This document shows, piece after piece, positions 1-11,456 of a stretch of 64,000 nucleotides of DNA; within the stretch, counting starts at the first letter, position 1; every line of letters begins with the position of its first letter. This DNA is from Octopus sinensis (Eukaryota), in contig NC_043000.1 of the NCBI RefSeq assembly GCF_006345805.1, positions 27,714,001 through 27,778,000 on the forward strand. Direction: 5' to 3'. A program made the position numbers and the translations under genes. Below the pieces are notes generated by a model, which made no database searches, was not told the origin of the DNA, and saw only the letters and a list, made by a program, of their open reading frames with translations.

Positions 1-3000
1 AAGTCAGAATTCTTCCATGACGTAGGCCCACTTAGATTGGATGTGACATCTACACATATATTCGAGGGCCTACGTCAGACTCCCCACGAGGCCCAGAAAA
101 AGAGTTAGAAGAACAAGAGAAAACCGAACCACTGATATAAGGTAAGTAATGGATACATTTATGTTGGTTGTTTGAATGTGCGCGGCTGGGAGCAGACTGG
201 AAGCAGGTCGCTTCCTGCATGATATCAGGTCGCGTAATTTAGATGTTATTGTTGCTACAGAAAACCCGGTTAGAGGGGCCAAGAGGTCTACTCCCGCTGT
301 TTGACGGCTACGAGAGTTTTTTCTCTCCTGGCAGTCCTACAGGCGGGAGTGGGGTGTTGTGTCCTATTAAAAAGAAACCGGGTTTCTGAGAAAAAGTTAA
401 TTTTTGCAGATCCAGAAGGTAGGCTGGTCGTCATGGATTTGACGTTCAGTAATGGTAAAGTTATCAGACTGGTTGCAATTTACGCACCCAACCATACAGG
501 GCAAAGTGATTATTTTCGTGAACTAGAAAACTTTCTTGGTACTTCGCATTCATTAGTGGTGCTAGGAGACTTTAACACAATTTGCAAAGCGGATGTAGAT
601 TATGTTGGCTCGTGTCCAGATAGAAAAGGCAACAGTGGCTTCATGGAACTGCTAAGCCGCTTTGAGCTAGCAGATCCTTATAGGCTGGAATTTCCGAACG
701 CTCCATTGTGGACATGGTCAAACAGCGACGGATCTTCCAGGTCATATTTAGATAGAATACTAATTAGAAAAGTAGACAGTAAAATAGCTAAGTGTCCACA
801 GTTTTACCCGATCAGCTACAGTGATCATAAAATGGTCACTTGTAAGCTTGACATAGATAAGGTTAAAAATAGAGGATCCGGTTACTGGAAACTTAATACG
901 TCCCTTTGGCGATTAAGGAGTACAAAGACCGGATTAGGAATATAATTCAGAGGGCACTATCTGGTACCATCATTAATAACAAATGGTGGTACGCCCTCAA
1001 ACGAGCCATCAAGTTTGAGTCTATTAGATATAGCATAGGAGTAGTGGCTAGAGAGGCTAGAAGGGAAACTACTCTAGTTAAGGAATTAGAGGAAGCCATG
1101 AAAACTGGCTCTGCGGCTCAGGTGGCGTCCAAGAGACTGGTGTTAAACCAGCACCTCGAGGCCAAACACATGGGCTGCATTGTCAGGGCTAGAATCCGCC
1201 ATATGGGATGTGAAGGAATCAACGCCGTGAGATGGGCCCGAGTGGTGGAAGCTCGGCATGGTAACGATGCCACGATTCGATCTTGACGAACCAACAAGGT
1301 GAGTTGATAAACGAACCCGAGGAGATGTGTGAGGCCTTTCAGGAGCACTTCGCTCAGCTTTTCGGTGAGTGCGGCGGACTGGATAGGAGGAGGGCCTTTA
1401 CGGACCTACTCGACGGGCTGCCGCGCTTATCGGGGCGAGATGCGGAGGGCTGTGAAGGGCCAATCACGCTGAGGAGGTGGTTTGAGGCAATGGCGGACTG
1501 CGGCGCGGGCAAGGCGCCGGGTTTGGATGGTCTACCCTATGAGTTATATAAGAGTATGCCAGACTTGTTCGGGCACCTACTGGCGGAGGTCTATGCGAAC
1601 TGGCAGCAGAACGGGCTTATACCAGATCTGTGCGCCGGGGAGTAGTGACTCTCGTCAGAAAGGACCCGAGCAAGGGGGAGTGCATTGATAATTTCAGGCC
1701 CATCACTCTGCTAAACACAGAGTTGAAGTTTGGCCAAAGTGTTATCGAAAAGATTGGCGCGTGTCGCGGATGGTCTGATCGGAGAGGCACAGACATGTGC
1801 CGTTCCGGGCAGATCCATTCAGGATAATCTCCATCTAATGCGGTACACTATAGAGGGGTTTAATAGTGATCTGCCAAGGGGGGCACTGGTCCATTTAGAC
1901 CAATCTAAAGCTTTTGATAGGGTCGACCATCGTTACCTGGTGTCTGCCCTGGCACAGTTCGGGCTGAGCCTTGGCTTCCTCAGGTGGATTATTCAAATTT
2001 ATGATAACATCGACTCCGTAGTTCGGGTGAACGGCTTCTTGTCGAAGCCGTTCAAAATCAAACGCTCGGTTCGTCAAGGGTGTCCGCTCTCCCCGCTTTT
2101 GTACGTGATGGCTCTTGAGCCATTACTGCGAAAACTGAGCGGCATCCCGAGACAGCCAGGTAATGGAAAATCAGTGTCAGCGTACGCGGATGACATCACC
2201 ATCATCGTAACCGAAATGGACCACCTATGTAAAGTAGGCAAGGCCATAGAGGTTTACGAGACGGTGACAGGAGCAAAAGTTAATCGCGAAAAGTCAGTCG
2301 GCTTGCAACTCGGCACCTGGAGAGGCAAGTCGATGCCTCCTGACAGCGTCGTGGGACGTTGGACGGAGGGTCCGATTAAACTGCTAGGGGTCTGGTTCGG
2401 TCCAGACCTCCAAATAGAGAAGAATTGGGGCGAGGTAACGAGCAAGGTGGCTGCAGTAGCCAAGACCTGGTCTTGGCGGTGGCTATCCCTGAAGGGGAGG
2501 GCGGAGGTGGCCAATGTTTTATCGCATCGGTTATCACTACCGCCTTTCCGTCGTTCCTTGCCCTGATTCGTGGTTGATCAAGTTGGAAAGACAGCTCTTC
2601 TACTTCTTGTGGAAGGGCGGGAAACCACTTGTGAAACGCTCTACTTGCTGTCAACAACCGTTAAAGGGTGGGCTAGGGATGCCTTGGCTGATGATGCGCA
2701 GACATGCGCTGAGGTTAAGACATCTGTGGCTCTACCTGGATGGTGAACGGGTGTGGTCTTCGCTAGCAAAACTGATGTTTCCCAAGTTCACTAGTTTCGG
2801 TGGATGGGAAACTGGCTGAATCGTAGATCGAAACTAGGTACTTGGTACACGGAGTGTCGCAAGGCTCTCCTGCTATTCCGTCGCTCGGGCAACGCCTGCG
2901 GTGGGGGTTCCACCACATTCCTCTATAGAGGGTTGGTAGAGGCGGAATGTGAAGATACCTTGGGGGAAACCCTAGGTCTCGACGATAATCAGCTGGCCAG

Positions 3001-3771
3001 TCTGTTCCGACGTACGTTCGAGCCGAGGACACTGGACAACTTCCAGAAGTCTCTGGCATGGCAATGCTACAGAGGAGCTCTACCTGTTCGGGATAAACTC
3101 GCAAGGCACGGTGGCCAAGACAGTCCGATATGTCCAAGATGCGGGCGGGATAGGGAAACCGTCCCGCACGCGATTGTTCATTGTCCGACGTGTCTGAGGT
3201 GTGGGTTTATGCCGAACACCTGTTGTCAGGTACACGAAGAGTACAGCTGTCGACTGAGTCGATTACAAAAATTGACCCACCGGATTCCTCGTGAATGAAG
3301 GTAAGTTTGTTTTCTCGTTGTAGTAGCAATTGCGAAAGAGGTGATATGGAAGACGAGAATGAAAGGTTTACAGTCAGGCAAGTTCATCTCCGGCCCTGGT
3401 TTGATGAACTATTTCATCTTTCACCTGAAAAGGAAGATAGGGCTGGAAAGAATATGCCTGACTAGGAGAGTGTATGAAGAACGATGGAAGGATGTAGCAC
3501 GAAAGTTGCGAGTGAAAGATACAACATAAATGTAATACCAAGTGCAACCAAAAGTATCAGTGGGGAGGGGGGGCTCGTGGGGTCCGAGCCAAACCCGCAC
3601 CCACTCCACCCGTAACGTCTTCCGGTCTGTCCCATCATTCGATTTCTGTCCATTTATTGTAATTCATGAAAAATTTTTAATTCGATTTAGTGTAAAAACC
3701 CATTCGTTGTCTGACCAGATTGTATTGTCCCATCTATGTTCGCCCCTTGTGGGTAATAATAAAATCACATA
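1..3771 (+). mobile_element. L1/Tx1-clade LINE, frameshifted; the 5' part lies outside the window
   Basis: APE endonuclease motifs (VGCLNVRG near 165, LVAIYAPN, LGDFN, SYLDRILI, YSDHKMV), RT motifs (FRPITLLN, LDQSKAFDRV, RQGCPLSPLLYVMALEPLLRKL, AYADD) and a C-terminal CPRCG..ETVPHAIVHC finger. The 3' UTR ends AATAATAAAATCACATA at about 3771. Confidence 0.92.
148..3529 (+). pseudogene. Tx1-type ORF2 (APE endonuclease-RT-zinc finger) broken by frameshifts
   Basis: ORFs 301-945, 906-1286, 1283-1645, 1630-1827, 1730-2566, 2514-2819, 2804-3298 and 3341-3529 are successive frames of one polyprotein. Confidence 0.9.
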
Positions 3772-4137
3772 GAGGAAAGCACCTTCGAAAAGTGTCTTGG
3801 TGTGCGACTATGAATGGTATCTAATCAGAGGCGGTAAATTCGCCACAATAGAAGCAAGGTTCGAGTCAACGGAGCATGCAAGGGAGTACTCGACTCGAAC
3901 TTGCAAATTTGAAATATTTTACATTTACCCTTATATCTGGGACGTAGGACATCCGGAAAAAATTTTAATGCCCACCTCCCCCCAGATGTAGTGGTAGGCT
4001 CCATTGTAGCCACATCTATATAAGAGGGAGGACAAGATACAATTGATCGAAATTACAAGAGACGGGCTAACAATTTCAGTCTGTTATATATTTTGAGTAT
4101 TGTTATCACTACCAATATCAAGATATAACTTTGTATT

Positions 4138-4170
4138 TTGTATTTTGTGTGTAGATGTATATATATATAT

Positions 4171-4219
<49 letters not shown>

Positions 4220-4873
4220 TATGTAAATGTAATATGTACACATATATATATATACACATATATACATGCACTAGCACTATGACCCGGCAACGACGGGGCT
4301 TTAATGCTAGTATATATATATATATCCGCGAGCAAATACATGTGAGTGTCCGTATGTAGTTTGGGTGTGTGCGTGTGTATGTGCTAAATGAGTTCATTAT
4401 TTTAAAGCTAGCGAAAGAATAACAATGGAACGTATTTACTAATGTGGTAACAATACCGTACTAAAAGCAGAGTCTTAATTCACTGCAAAACTCGAGTCGA
4501 CTGCGTGTTTAGCCAGGCTTTTTCAACTATCGCCCTATTCAACCAAGGCTAAATATACATGTAAATAAATACCTAGGGAGGAAGGAAGAGAGAGAGAGGG
4601 AGGGGAGAGAGACAGACAGATAGAAAGACAAACAGACACACTGACAAACAGTCAGACAGACAGAGACGGTAGTTGTATTTGTATTTATGTGTATTTGTAG
4701 GTGCGGAAGTGAGAACATATATATCTACTTTACCTTTATATAGATGTATACACGTAAATTTCTTGTTTCCCTGCCGCATGTGGATACACGCAAGTTTTGT
4801 AAGTATATATGACTATTTGTGAAAGGATTATAAGCGTATAATGTGTATGCATACACTTATATATATAAATATA

Positions 4874-4944
<71 letters not shown>

Positions 4945-5200
4945 GGGTGTGTGTGTGTGTGTTTGTGTGTGTGTATATTATATGATATAATATATAATAT
5001 AAATAATATATATATATATAAGTTAATCCAAACAAGAAAGAACAAAAAACATAACAACGCGAGGACGTGGAACAAATATAGCATTATTGGACGCTCAAGG
5101 AAAGAAGGAAAGAAGGAGGGTTTAACGTTTCAAGCGGAGCTCTTCGTCGGAAACATAGGAGAAGGAAAGATCCAGAGGAGGGAAGACAGAGGAAAAAATC

Positions 5201-5259
<59 letters not shown>

Positions 5260-5462
5260 GTTGTGTATGTATGTATGTGCGGGGTTGTATCATATATCAT
5301 ATTTATAACCACATGTGAATCGTTGGCGATTTCTTCCCCCTCTTCTTTTCTGTTGGATCTTCCTCTGTTCTGAAGTACGTTGCTCCAAACGTCTGCAAAT
5401 ATTACACGGATCACGTCCTCGCGTTGTTGATTCTTTTGTTTGTTCATCTTTGGGGGGATTAC

Positions 5463-5509
<47 letters not shown>

Positions 5510-5770
5510 TATATGTATATCCATACACTGCCTGCAGATTCTAAGCAGCCAATGAAAGATGCGAAATGTAATCAAGTTACCTCGGAATTAACAATGGACA
5601 AATAAATAAACACTGATTAATACTAGATAGAAATCATATATTTGGCAGAGTGCAATGAACGAGGGCATACAATCCTACTGCTGGATAATCGATTTTAAAC
5701 ATTAAATGGCTCTGTTATATCTTTCGGGAATGGAATGCACGATGCATGTGAAGTATTATATATTATATAT

Positions 5771-5861
<91 letters not shown>

Positions 5862-5931
5862 TGTGTGTGTGTTGTTATATATAATGTGTATATAAATTAT
5901 ATACACATTATTATATATACTACATATATAT
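4138..5931. repeat. Cluster of (TA)n/(TG)n/(AGAC)n microsatellites with short unique spacers
   Basis: Read directly: TA/TG arrays at about 4150-4330, 4855-5020, 5200-5280, 5465-5525 and 5755-5930. Confidence 0.95.
5120..5154 (-). ncRNA. Minimal type I hammerhead ribozyme fold, slightly degenerate, in a short Penelope pLTR-like element (about 5025-5200)
   Basis: Minus strand reads GTTT-CCGACGA-A-GAGC(TCC)GCTT-GAAA-CG-TT-AAAC: helix I GTTT/AAAC, helix II GAGC/GCTT, palindromic helix III ACGT. Core U4 is C. Confidence 0.6.
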
Positions 5932-6024
5932 ATACTTTGATACTTTGATACTTTGATAGGTTTCGGCCATTATTGGCCCAGGCCATGTCTAACTTAATAG
6001 CACCACCTGGTGAAGTCTTTCAAG

Positions 6025-9000
6025 TCAGAATTTGGGCACTATGGCCCACTCAAGTAGAGAGTTATTGTTTACAGAGACATATCCGGGTGTAGGGGGTTTA
6101 TCCGGGATTTCTTGAAGGAATCTGTCCAAAGACTTCTTGAACCCTATAGGGTCAGTTTCTGTTTTAATGTGTTTGTGTGTAATGTTAAAGAGAGCGGGGC
6201 CAATTGAGGTGAAATAATTGTGCCGTATTGTGTTATGAGATGAGAGTGCGATTTTGTTTTGGGCGGATGGCACGGGGCCCAAGCCTTGGATGTACCTTAA
6301 AGGTGATGCCAACATCATTTGGGCAATGCTGATGGAATATTTTCCACATCATGCAGATGATGTAGCGCTCACGACGACGTTGGAGAGAATAGTTTTAGCT
6401 TTTCTAGTCGACCCCAATAGTCGAGGCCTGTCATGCCATCTATCTTTTTTGTGATTGCCCTTTGAGGTGCTTCAACTTTTATGATACCTTGTATTGTGTG
6501 GGGAGACCACAGTGGACAACAGTATTCAAGGTGGGGTCGGGCAAAAGTGGAGAAGAGAAGGATAATGGTGTGGATATCTCTCGACTGGAAAGTTCTGAGA
6601 ATCCAGGAACACATTCTGCGGGCCATGTCAACTTTGGTGTTTATATGAGTGGCCCAGCTTATGTTGTTGTCCACAATTACTCCCAAGTCTCTGATGTTGT
6701 TGGACGCCGCGAGAGTTTCACCTGAAGGAAGGGAGTATGGGAGTTTCAGGGCATCCTCTTTTCCAAAGTGGATTAGCTCAAATTATCCTCGTTCAGCAGC
6801 ATATTGTTTTTTTCTGCCCATTGGATAACAGCCAGTAGATCTGACTGAAGGCATGTCCGGTCACTCGCCTCATTTATGACCTTCTGTAGCTTGGAGTCAT
6901 CTGCAAAGATTTTTATGTTGCTGTGCTTGATGATGTCATTAATGTCATTAATGTAAATGATGAAAAGAAGTGGGCCCAGCACAGTGCCTTGCGGAACGCC
7001 ACTACTGACTTTGGCTGGGCTTGATTTTACCCCTTCAACTACAACATGTTGAGATCTGTCTGTCAGGAAACACTTGATCCATTTCAGTAACTTTCCAGAG
7101 ACACCAATGTTGGATAGTTTTTCAATAGGATCTTGTGATCGACCCTGTCGAAGGCCTTACTGAAATCAAGGTAGATGACATCGGTGTTGGAGCCCTCTCC
7201 CAAAGCTCTCAAAATGTCCTCAAAGTGATGCAGGAGCTGCGTTAGGCAGTCCCTTCCATTACGGAAACCATGTTGGTTGGAGATCAGCCGTCTGTTGCTT
7301 CCAGAAATTGGGTTATTCGAGATCTCACCACCCTCTCAAATACCTTGATGATATGAGAGGTGAGTGAGATCGGACGGTAATTCACTGCAAGGGACTTGTT
7401 TCCCTTTTTGAAAACTGGGACAACAGACTGGGACAGAAGGTTTTTTGGAATATAGCCAGCATCCAGTGAGTTTCTCCACAGATTAGCAAGGGGAGATGCA
7501 AGTTGGTGTCGACACACCTTCAGGACACAAGCAGGGAACCTATCGGGGCCTACTGCTGAATTGTGTTTTATTTCGTTTATCGCCGCTAAGACATCAGGGG
7601 CACTAAACGTTATGTCCGATATAGTGTGTTGGGGGTGACATCACTGATACAGCCCAGATCGGCCATATCAGGATTGCTGAAAACAGAGCAGTATTGTTTC
7701 TGCAGTATCTCGGCCATGGATTTGGCATTATCTTGGAGAGTGCAGCAGTTTCGTCAATTAGAGGGCCTACAGTGGAGAAGAAAGGTTTCGAGTCAACGGA
7801 GCATGCAAGGGAGTACTCGACTCGAACTTGTAAATTTGAAATATTTTACATTACCACTTTACTCAGCTGATCTTTGGTTATTGATGAGGGTCTTCATGCA
7901 TTGTTGGAGGTTATATTTTTTGGATTCAAGCAGTGCGATAGCCGTCGAATGTGTGTGTTGCTGTTGGCAGTACTTTTAGTTTGTTCTTTTTATTTTTCTG
8001 ATAATGGTTTTTCTTTTTGGGGGATTCTGCACTTTTTGTTCACAGGTCTTGGTGGGGAGTGTTTTGCACATATGTCTGTGACGGTGTCTACAAAGATCTG
8101 CCAAGATGTTTTATGGTTGGTGGAGATGTGTGTATGTGTAAAGGACCAGTCAACATGTGATAGCTCGTTCCTGATTGCATCCCAGTTGGCATTATGGAGA
8201 TCCATGTTGTCAAATGGGTGGGCTGGAGGAAGGTCACTAGGATTAGCTTTCGGCTGGTGGAATTTCATGTTACAGAGAACCATGTCATGGTCTGAAAGAA
8301 GGGTTTTTTCCACTGTAACGTTATGTATAGTGTTAGTGTGGTTACTAAACACTAGGTCCAAAATGTTCTGATGTCTTGTTGGTGCAAGGACAAGTTGGGA
8401 CAAGAAAAACTCATTCGTAAAGTCGAAAAGTGACTCTGCTGCTTCTTTGTCAGCGGTTGAGGCGGGAGTGCTTGGTTTCAAACAGTTTGTAGTCCAGTCA
8501 ACACAGGGTAGATTGAAGTCTCCCATCATGAGTATGTTGCTAGAATGGCACTGTTGAATAAAGCACTTAATGCTGTTGAGGCATTCTTTAAAGCACAGTA
8601 TGGGTGTTTGGAGCCGCCTATAGAGCCCAATTACTGTCAGGTCATTGGCTTTGTTGTGCACGGTGACTGATTCACAGTAGCCGTTGGAGAATATACTATT
8701 TCCATCTGCCGTAAATGAATCATGCAGGAAAATGGCAGTTCCACCCTTCCTCCTGCCGATACGATCCGCGCGGATGGTTGTGAAATTCTTCACTCTCACT
8801 TCGGCTTCCAAGTGGGAGTTGTCAAGGTGGGTCTCAGTGAGAATGAAGAAAGGGATGTGGTGTGAATGGTTACCAACCCAGTCTTCAATGAATTGGACCT
8901 TCCATTTTTGTGCATTGATGGAAGGGCTGACACCTTGTGCATTGAGTAGGAATGTGGAGGTTAGTGTAGTGGCTGGTTTTGACTGTTGCAGGGGGCTTGG

Positions 9001-9045
9001 ATTTTTTGTGTGTGTTAGTGGCAGCAATGTGGGGAATTGGTGCAC
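6025..9045 (-). pseudogene. CR1/L2-type ORF2 (APE-RT), disrupted
   Basis: ORFs 7990-9045, 7284-7517, 6773-6982, 6369-6686 and 6025-6318 carry successive APE, RT and C-terminal motifs. Confidence 0.88.
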
Positions 9046-10142
9046 TGGGGTAATAGCATAGGATGGTGTTGAGTGATGGCTAGAATGTTTTTGTGTATCT
9101 CTTTTGCCATGTTCAACATGGCTAAAAAAGAATTTTCCTGCTTAGGGAGCAGTTTTTGGCTGGAGTTGTGGTTGCACTGTTGGATAGGGTTGTAGTTTCC
9201 ACTTTTGTTGTTGTTGTTTTTGTGTCTTCCTGAAAAGACTGGACCAGCATTACTGCAGCATGGTGTGTTTCTATTCTTATTTTTATTCAGGTTTGTGTGT
9301 TGGCTTGAAGCCCCGTTTCTGTTTGTGCGTCGGGTCCCTGGAAGATGAGTGAAGGGACAGTCACTCAGTAGACATGTTCTCTCACGTTGGGAATACCGGC
9401 AGATTTTGGGACTCCGAGTTGTGTGTGTTTTGAATTTCGATTTACTATTTGGTGGTGTTGATGTTATTGTGGGATGCGTGCTTTGGCCTTGGCCGGTAGT
9501 GCGTCTAGTGCCGGGTAGATGCGTGAAGATGCAGTCACTATTTGTGCAGAGTCTCTGGCGCAGTGAATAGCGGCATATTTGGGGATTTCTTGTTTGTGCC
9601 GTGGGGGGCGCATTCTGCTTCCTATGTTTCTTTAAGTTTTTGTTACTGCAGTAGTATTGAGGTGGTGATGTGGGGGAAGAGGGCAGTGGTTTCTTATTTG
9701 GTTTTCTGTTGGTAATTTTGGTGATAGAAGACGATGGTGGCAGCGGTGGTGATGATGATGATGATAATTGTGGTGGTTGCTGTGAGAGCAGTGAAAAGAT
9801 ACTGGCATTTAGTGAATCATCTAGTAAGCTAGAGTTGATGAGTGGCTGTTGTTGTTCTTGTTGCTGTGGCTGTTGTTGTTGTTGTTGTGCTGGACCGATG
9901 TTAGGGTCAGTCATTGTGCTGGGAACCAGGAGTGGCTCATTCTGTTGTTGTTGTTGTTGTTGTGGCTGCTGATTTTCTAGCTGTTGCTGTTCTTGAACTG
10001 TGAAAATATGAAGAAGCTTTTCATAATGGCCTTTTGTCAGTTTGAAAGATACTTCGATATGTTTCAGCTTGCTACGAATCTGTTTGACGGATCGTGTGTT
10101 GACCACTTGTGATGTTTTTTCGGCAATCTCATTCAAACACAA
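9015..10142 (-). CDS. LINE ORF1 protein with a Q/S/P-rich region and two CCCH-type fingers
   Basis: 375-aa ORF directly upstream of the endonuclease. CRYSLRQRLCTNSDCIFTH and CRYSQRERTCLLSDCPFTH both fit C-x8-C-x4-C-x3-H. Confidence 0.75.
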   Translation of the reverse strand: MCLNEIAEKTSQVVNTRSVKQIRSKLKHIEVSFKLTKGHYEKLLHIFTVQEQQQLENQQPQQQQQQQNEPLLVPSTMTDPNIGPAQQQQQQPQQQEQQQPLINSSLLDDSLNASIFSLLSQQPPQLSSSSSPPLPPSSSITKITNRKPNKKPLPSSPTSPPQYYCSNKNLKKHRKQNAPPTAQTRNPQICRYSLRQRLCTNSDCIFTHLPGTRRTTGQGQSTHPTITSTPPNSKSKFKTHTTRSPKICRYSQRERTCLLSDCPFTHLPGTRRTNRNGASSQHTNLNKNKNRNTPCCSNAGPVFSGRHKNNNNKSGNYNPIQQCNHNSSQKLLPKQENSFLAMLNMAKEIHKNILAITQHHPMLLPQCTNSPHCCH

Positions 10143-10565
10143 AACATTTAGATTTTCTGTTTGGGAAAGAGAGAACCATGTGTTTATTAAAACATCAATT
10201 TCGTTATCAGACCAATTTCATCTGTTGCAGGCCTGCAAGTTAGTCATGTTTGTTTTTCTTTTGTTTGTTTTCCTTTTGATTTTTGAAAATATATATATTC
10301 TTTCTTGAGAGTTAAAGAAGTGTATATATATATAAATGTTCTCTCTTAAGGGTGTGAGTTTTTGATTATTTGGTTGTTTGAGGATATTAAAAGAAAAACA
10401 GGTGTATATAACAATTTGTAGTTAAATGAAAACGTACTTACGGTTTGTAGGCAAACACGTGGTTACAAATATATATATTTAAGGTCAGTTAGTTTTGAAG
10501 CTGTGTAGCTTGCTACTGACTTGGGAGAGAAACAAATAGACGTCCGTCCACTTCAACAGTTAATC

Positions 10566-10616
<51 letters not shown>

Positions 10617-10790
10617 ATAAATGTAAAAAAACACAAACTGGGACAAGAACGCAAAACATTTAGAAGACGATGCAAAAAAAGGGCGGGACATTCGAAGCCT
10701 TCGATCTTCAGTCAAAAACCGGATCATCTTCGCAATTTCGGCTGATTAATTTATATATATATATATATGTATATATACCCATATACACAC

Positions 10791-10847
<57 letters not shown>

Positions 10848-11093
10848 TATACATATACACATATATATACATGTATATATATACACAGATATTCACGTAT
10901 ATATGTACATATATATGCATATATAAACATATACATATAAACACACACACACACACATATGTATATATATATATGCGTATTCATATATATATATATATAT
11001 ATATGTATGTATAAGGGTGAAAAGGAACACACGAGTTGATATATATGAAAAAACAAGTCAAGATAGAAAATGCTAAAATAATTTTATAAAGAA

Positions 11094-11142
11094 CATTTCA
11101 GTACCGGTTTCGGTCATTTTGAGACCTTTTCAACTGTAACGA
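11094..11142 (-). ncRNA. Type I hammerhead ribozyme fold in a Penelope pLTR
   Basis: Minus strand reads CGTTACAG-TTGAAAAA-GGTC(TCAAAAT)GACC-GAAA-CCGG-TA|CTGAAATG. Helix I pairs 7/8, helix II has 4 bp, helix III is the palindrome ACCGGT. Predicted cleavage is between 11102 and 11101. Confidence 0.7.
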
Positions 11143-11289
11143 TTAAATAATTAAATTTAGAAAAATTGAAAGAAAAGTTTTTTTAAAGGAATATTTGTAT
11201 AGTGTTCAAATATAAGTGGCATTTTCCTTGTTTCTGCCTTTCTCTGTCTCTCTTGTTCACACTTGTGGGTTCGAGGTCGTTGGTAGGGT

Positions 11290-11425
11290 AGAAGAAGAAG
11301 AAGAAGAAGAAGAAGAAGAAGAAGAAGAAGAAGAAGAAGAAGAAGAAGAAGAAGAAGAAGAAGAAGAAGGAGGAGGAGAAGAAGAAGGAGGAGAAGAAGA
11401 AGAAGGAGGAGAAGAAGAAGAAGAA

Positions 11426-11456
<31 letters not shown>

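Larger units (their letters stand above)
5932..10400 (-). mobile_element. CR1/L2-group LINE, near full length and degenerate
   Basis: ORF1 (9015-10142), APE domain (7990-9045: LLNAQG, LTETHL, MGDFNLP, NILDLVFSN, LSDHDMV), RT (YRPISLTSHIIKVFERVV, LGPLLFIIYIND, FADDSKL, FARPHLEYCCPLWSP) and a 3' tail of (TATCAAAG)x3 at 5932-5956. The 5' boundary is approximate. Confidence 0.88.

Noticed and set aside
10615-10745. CTGAAGA-containing segment on the minus strand between TA arrays
   Set aside because: It may be a decayed pLTR, but I could not form helices I and III, so it is not called a ribozyme.
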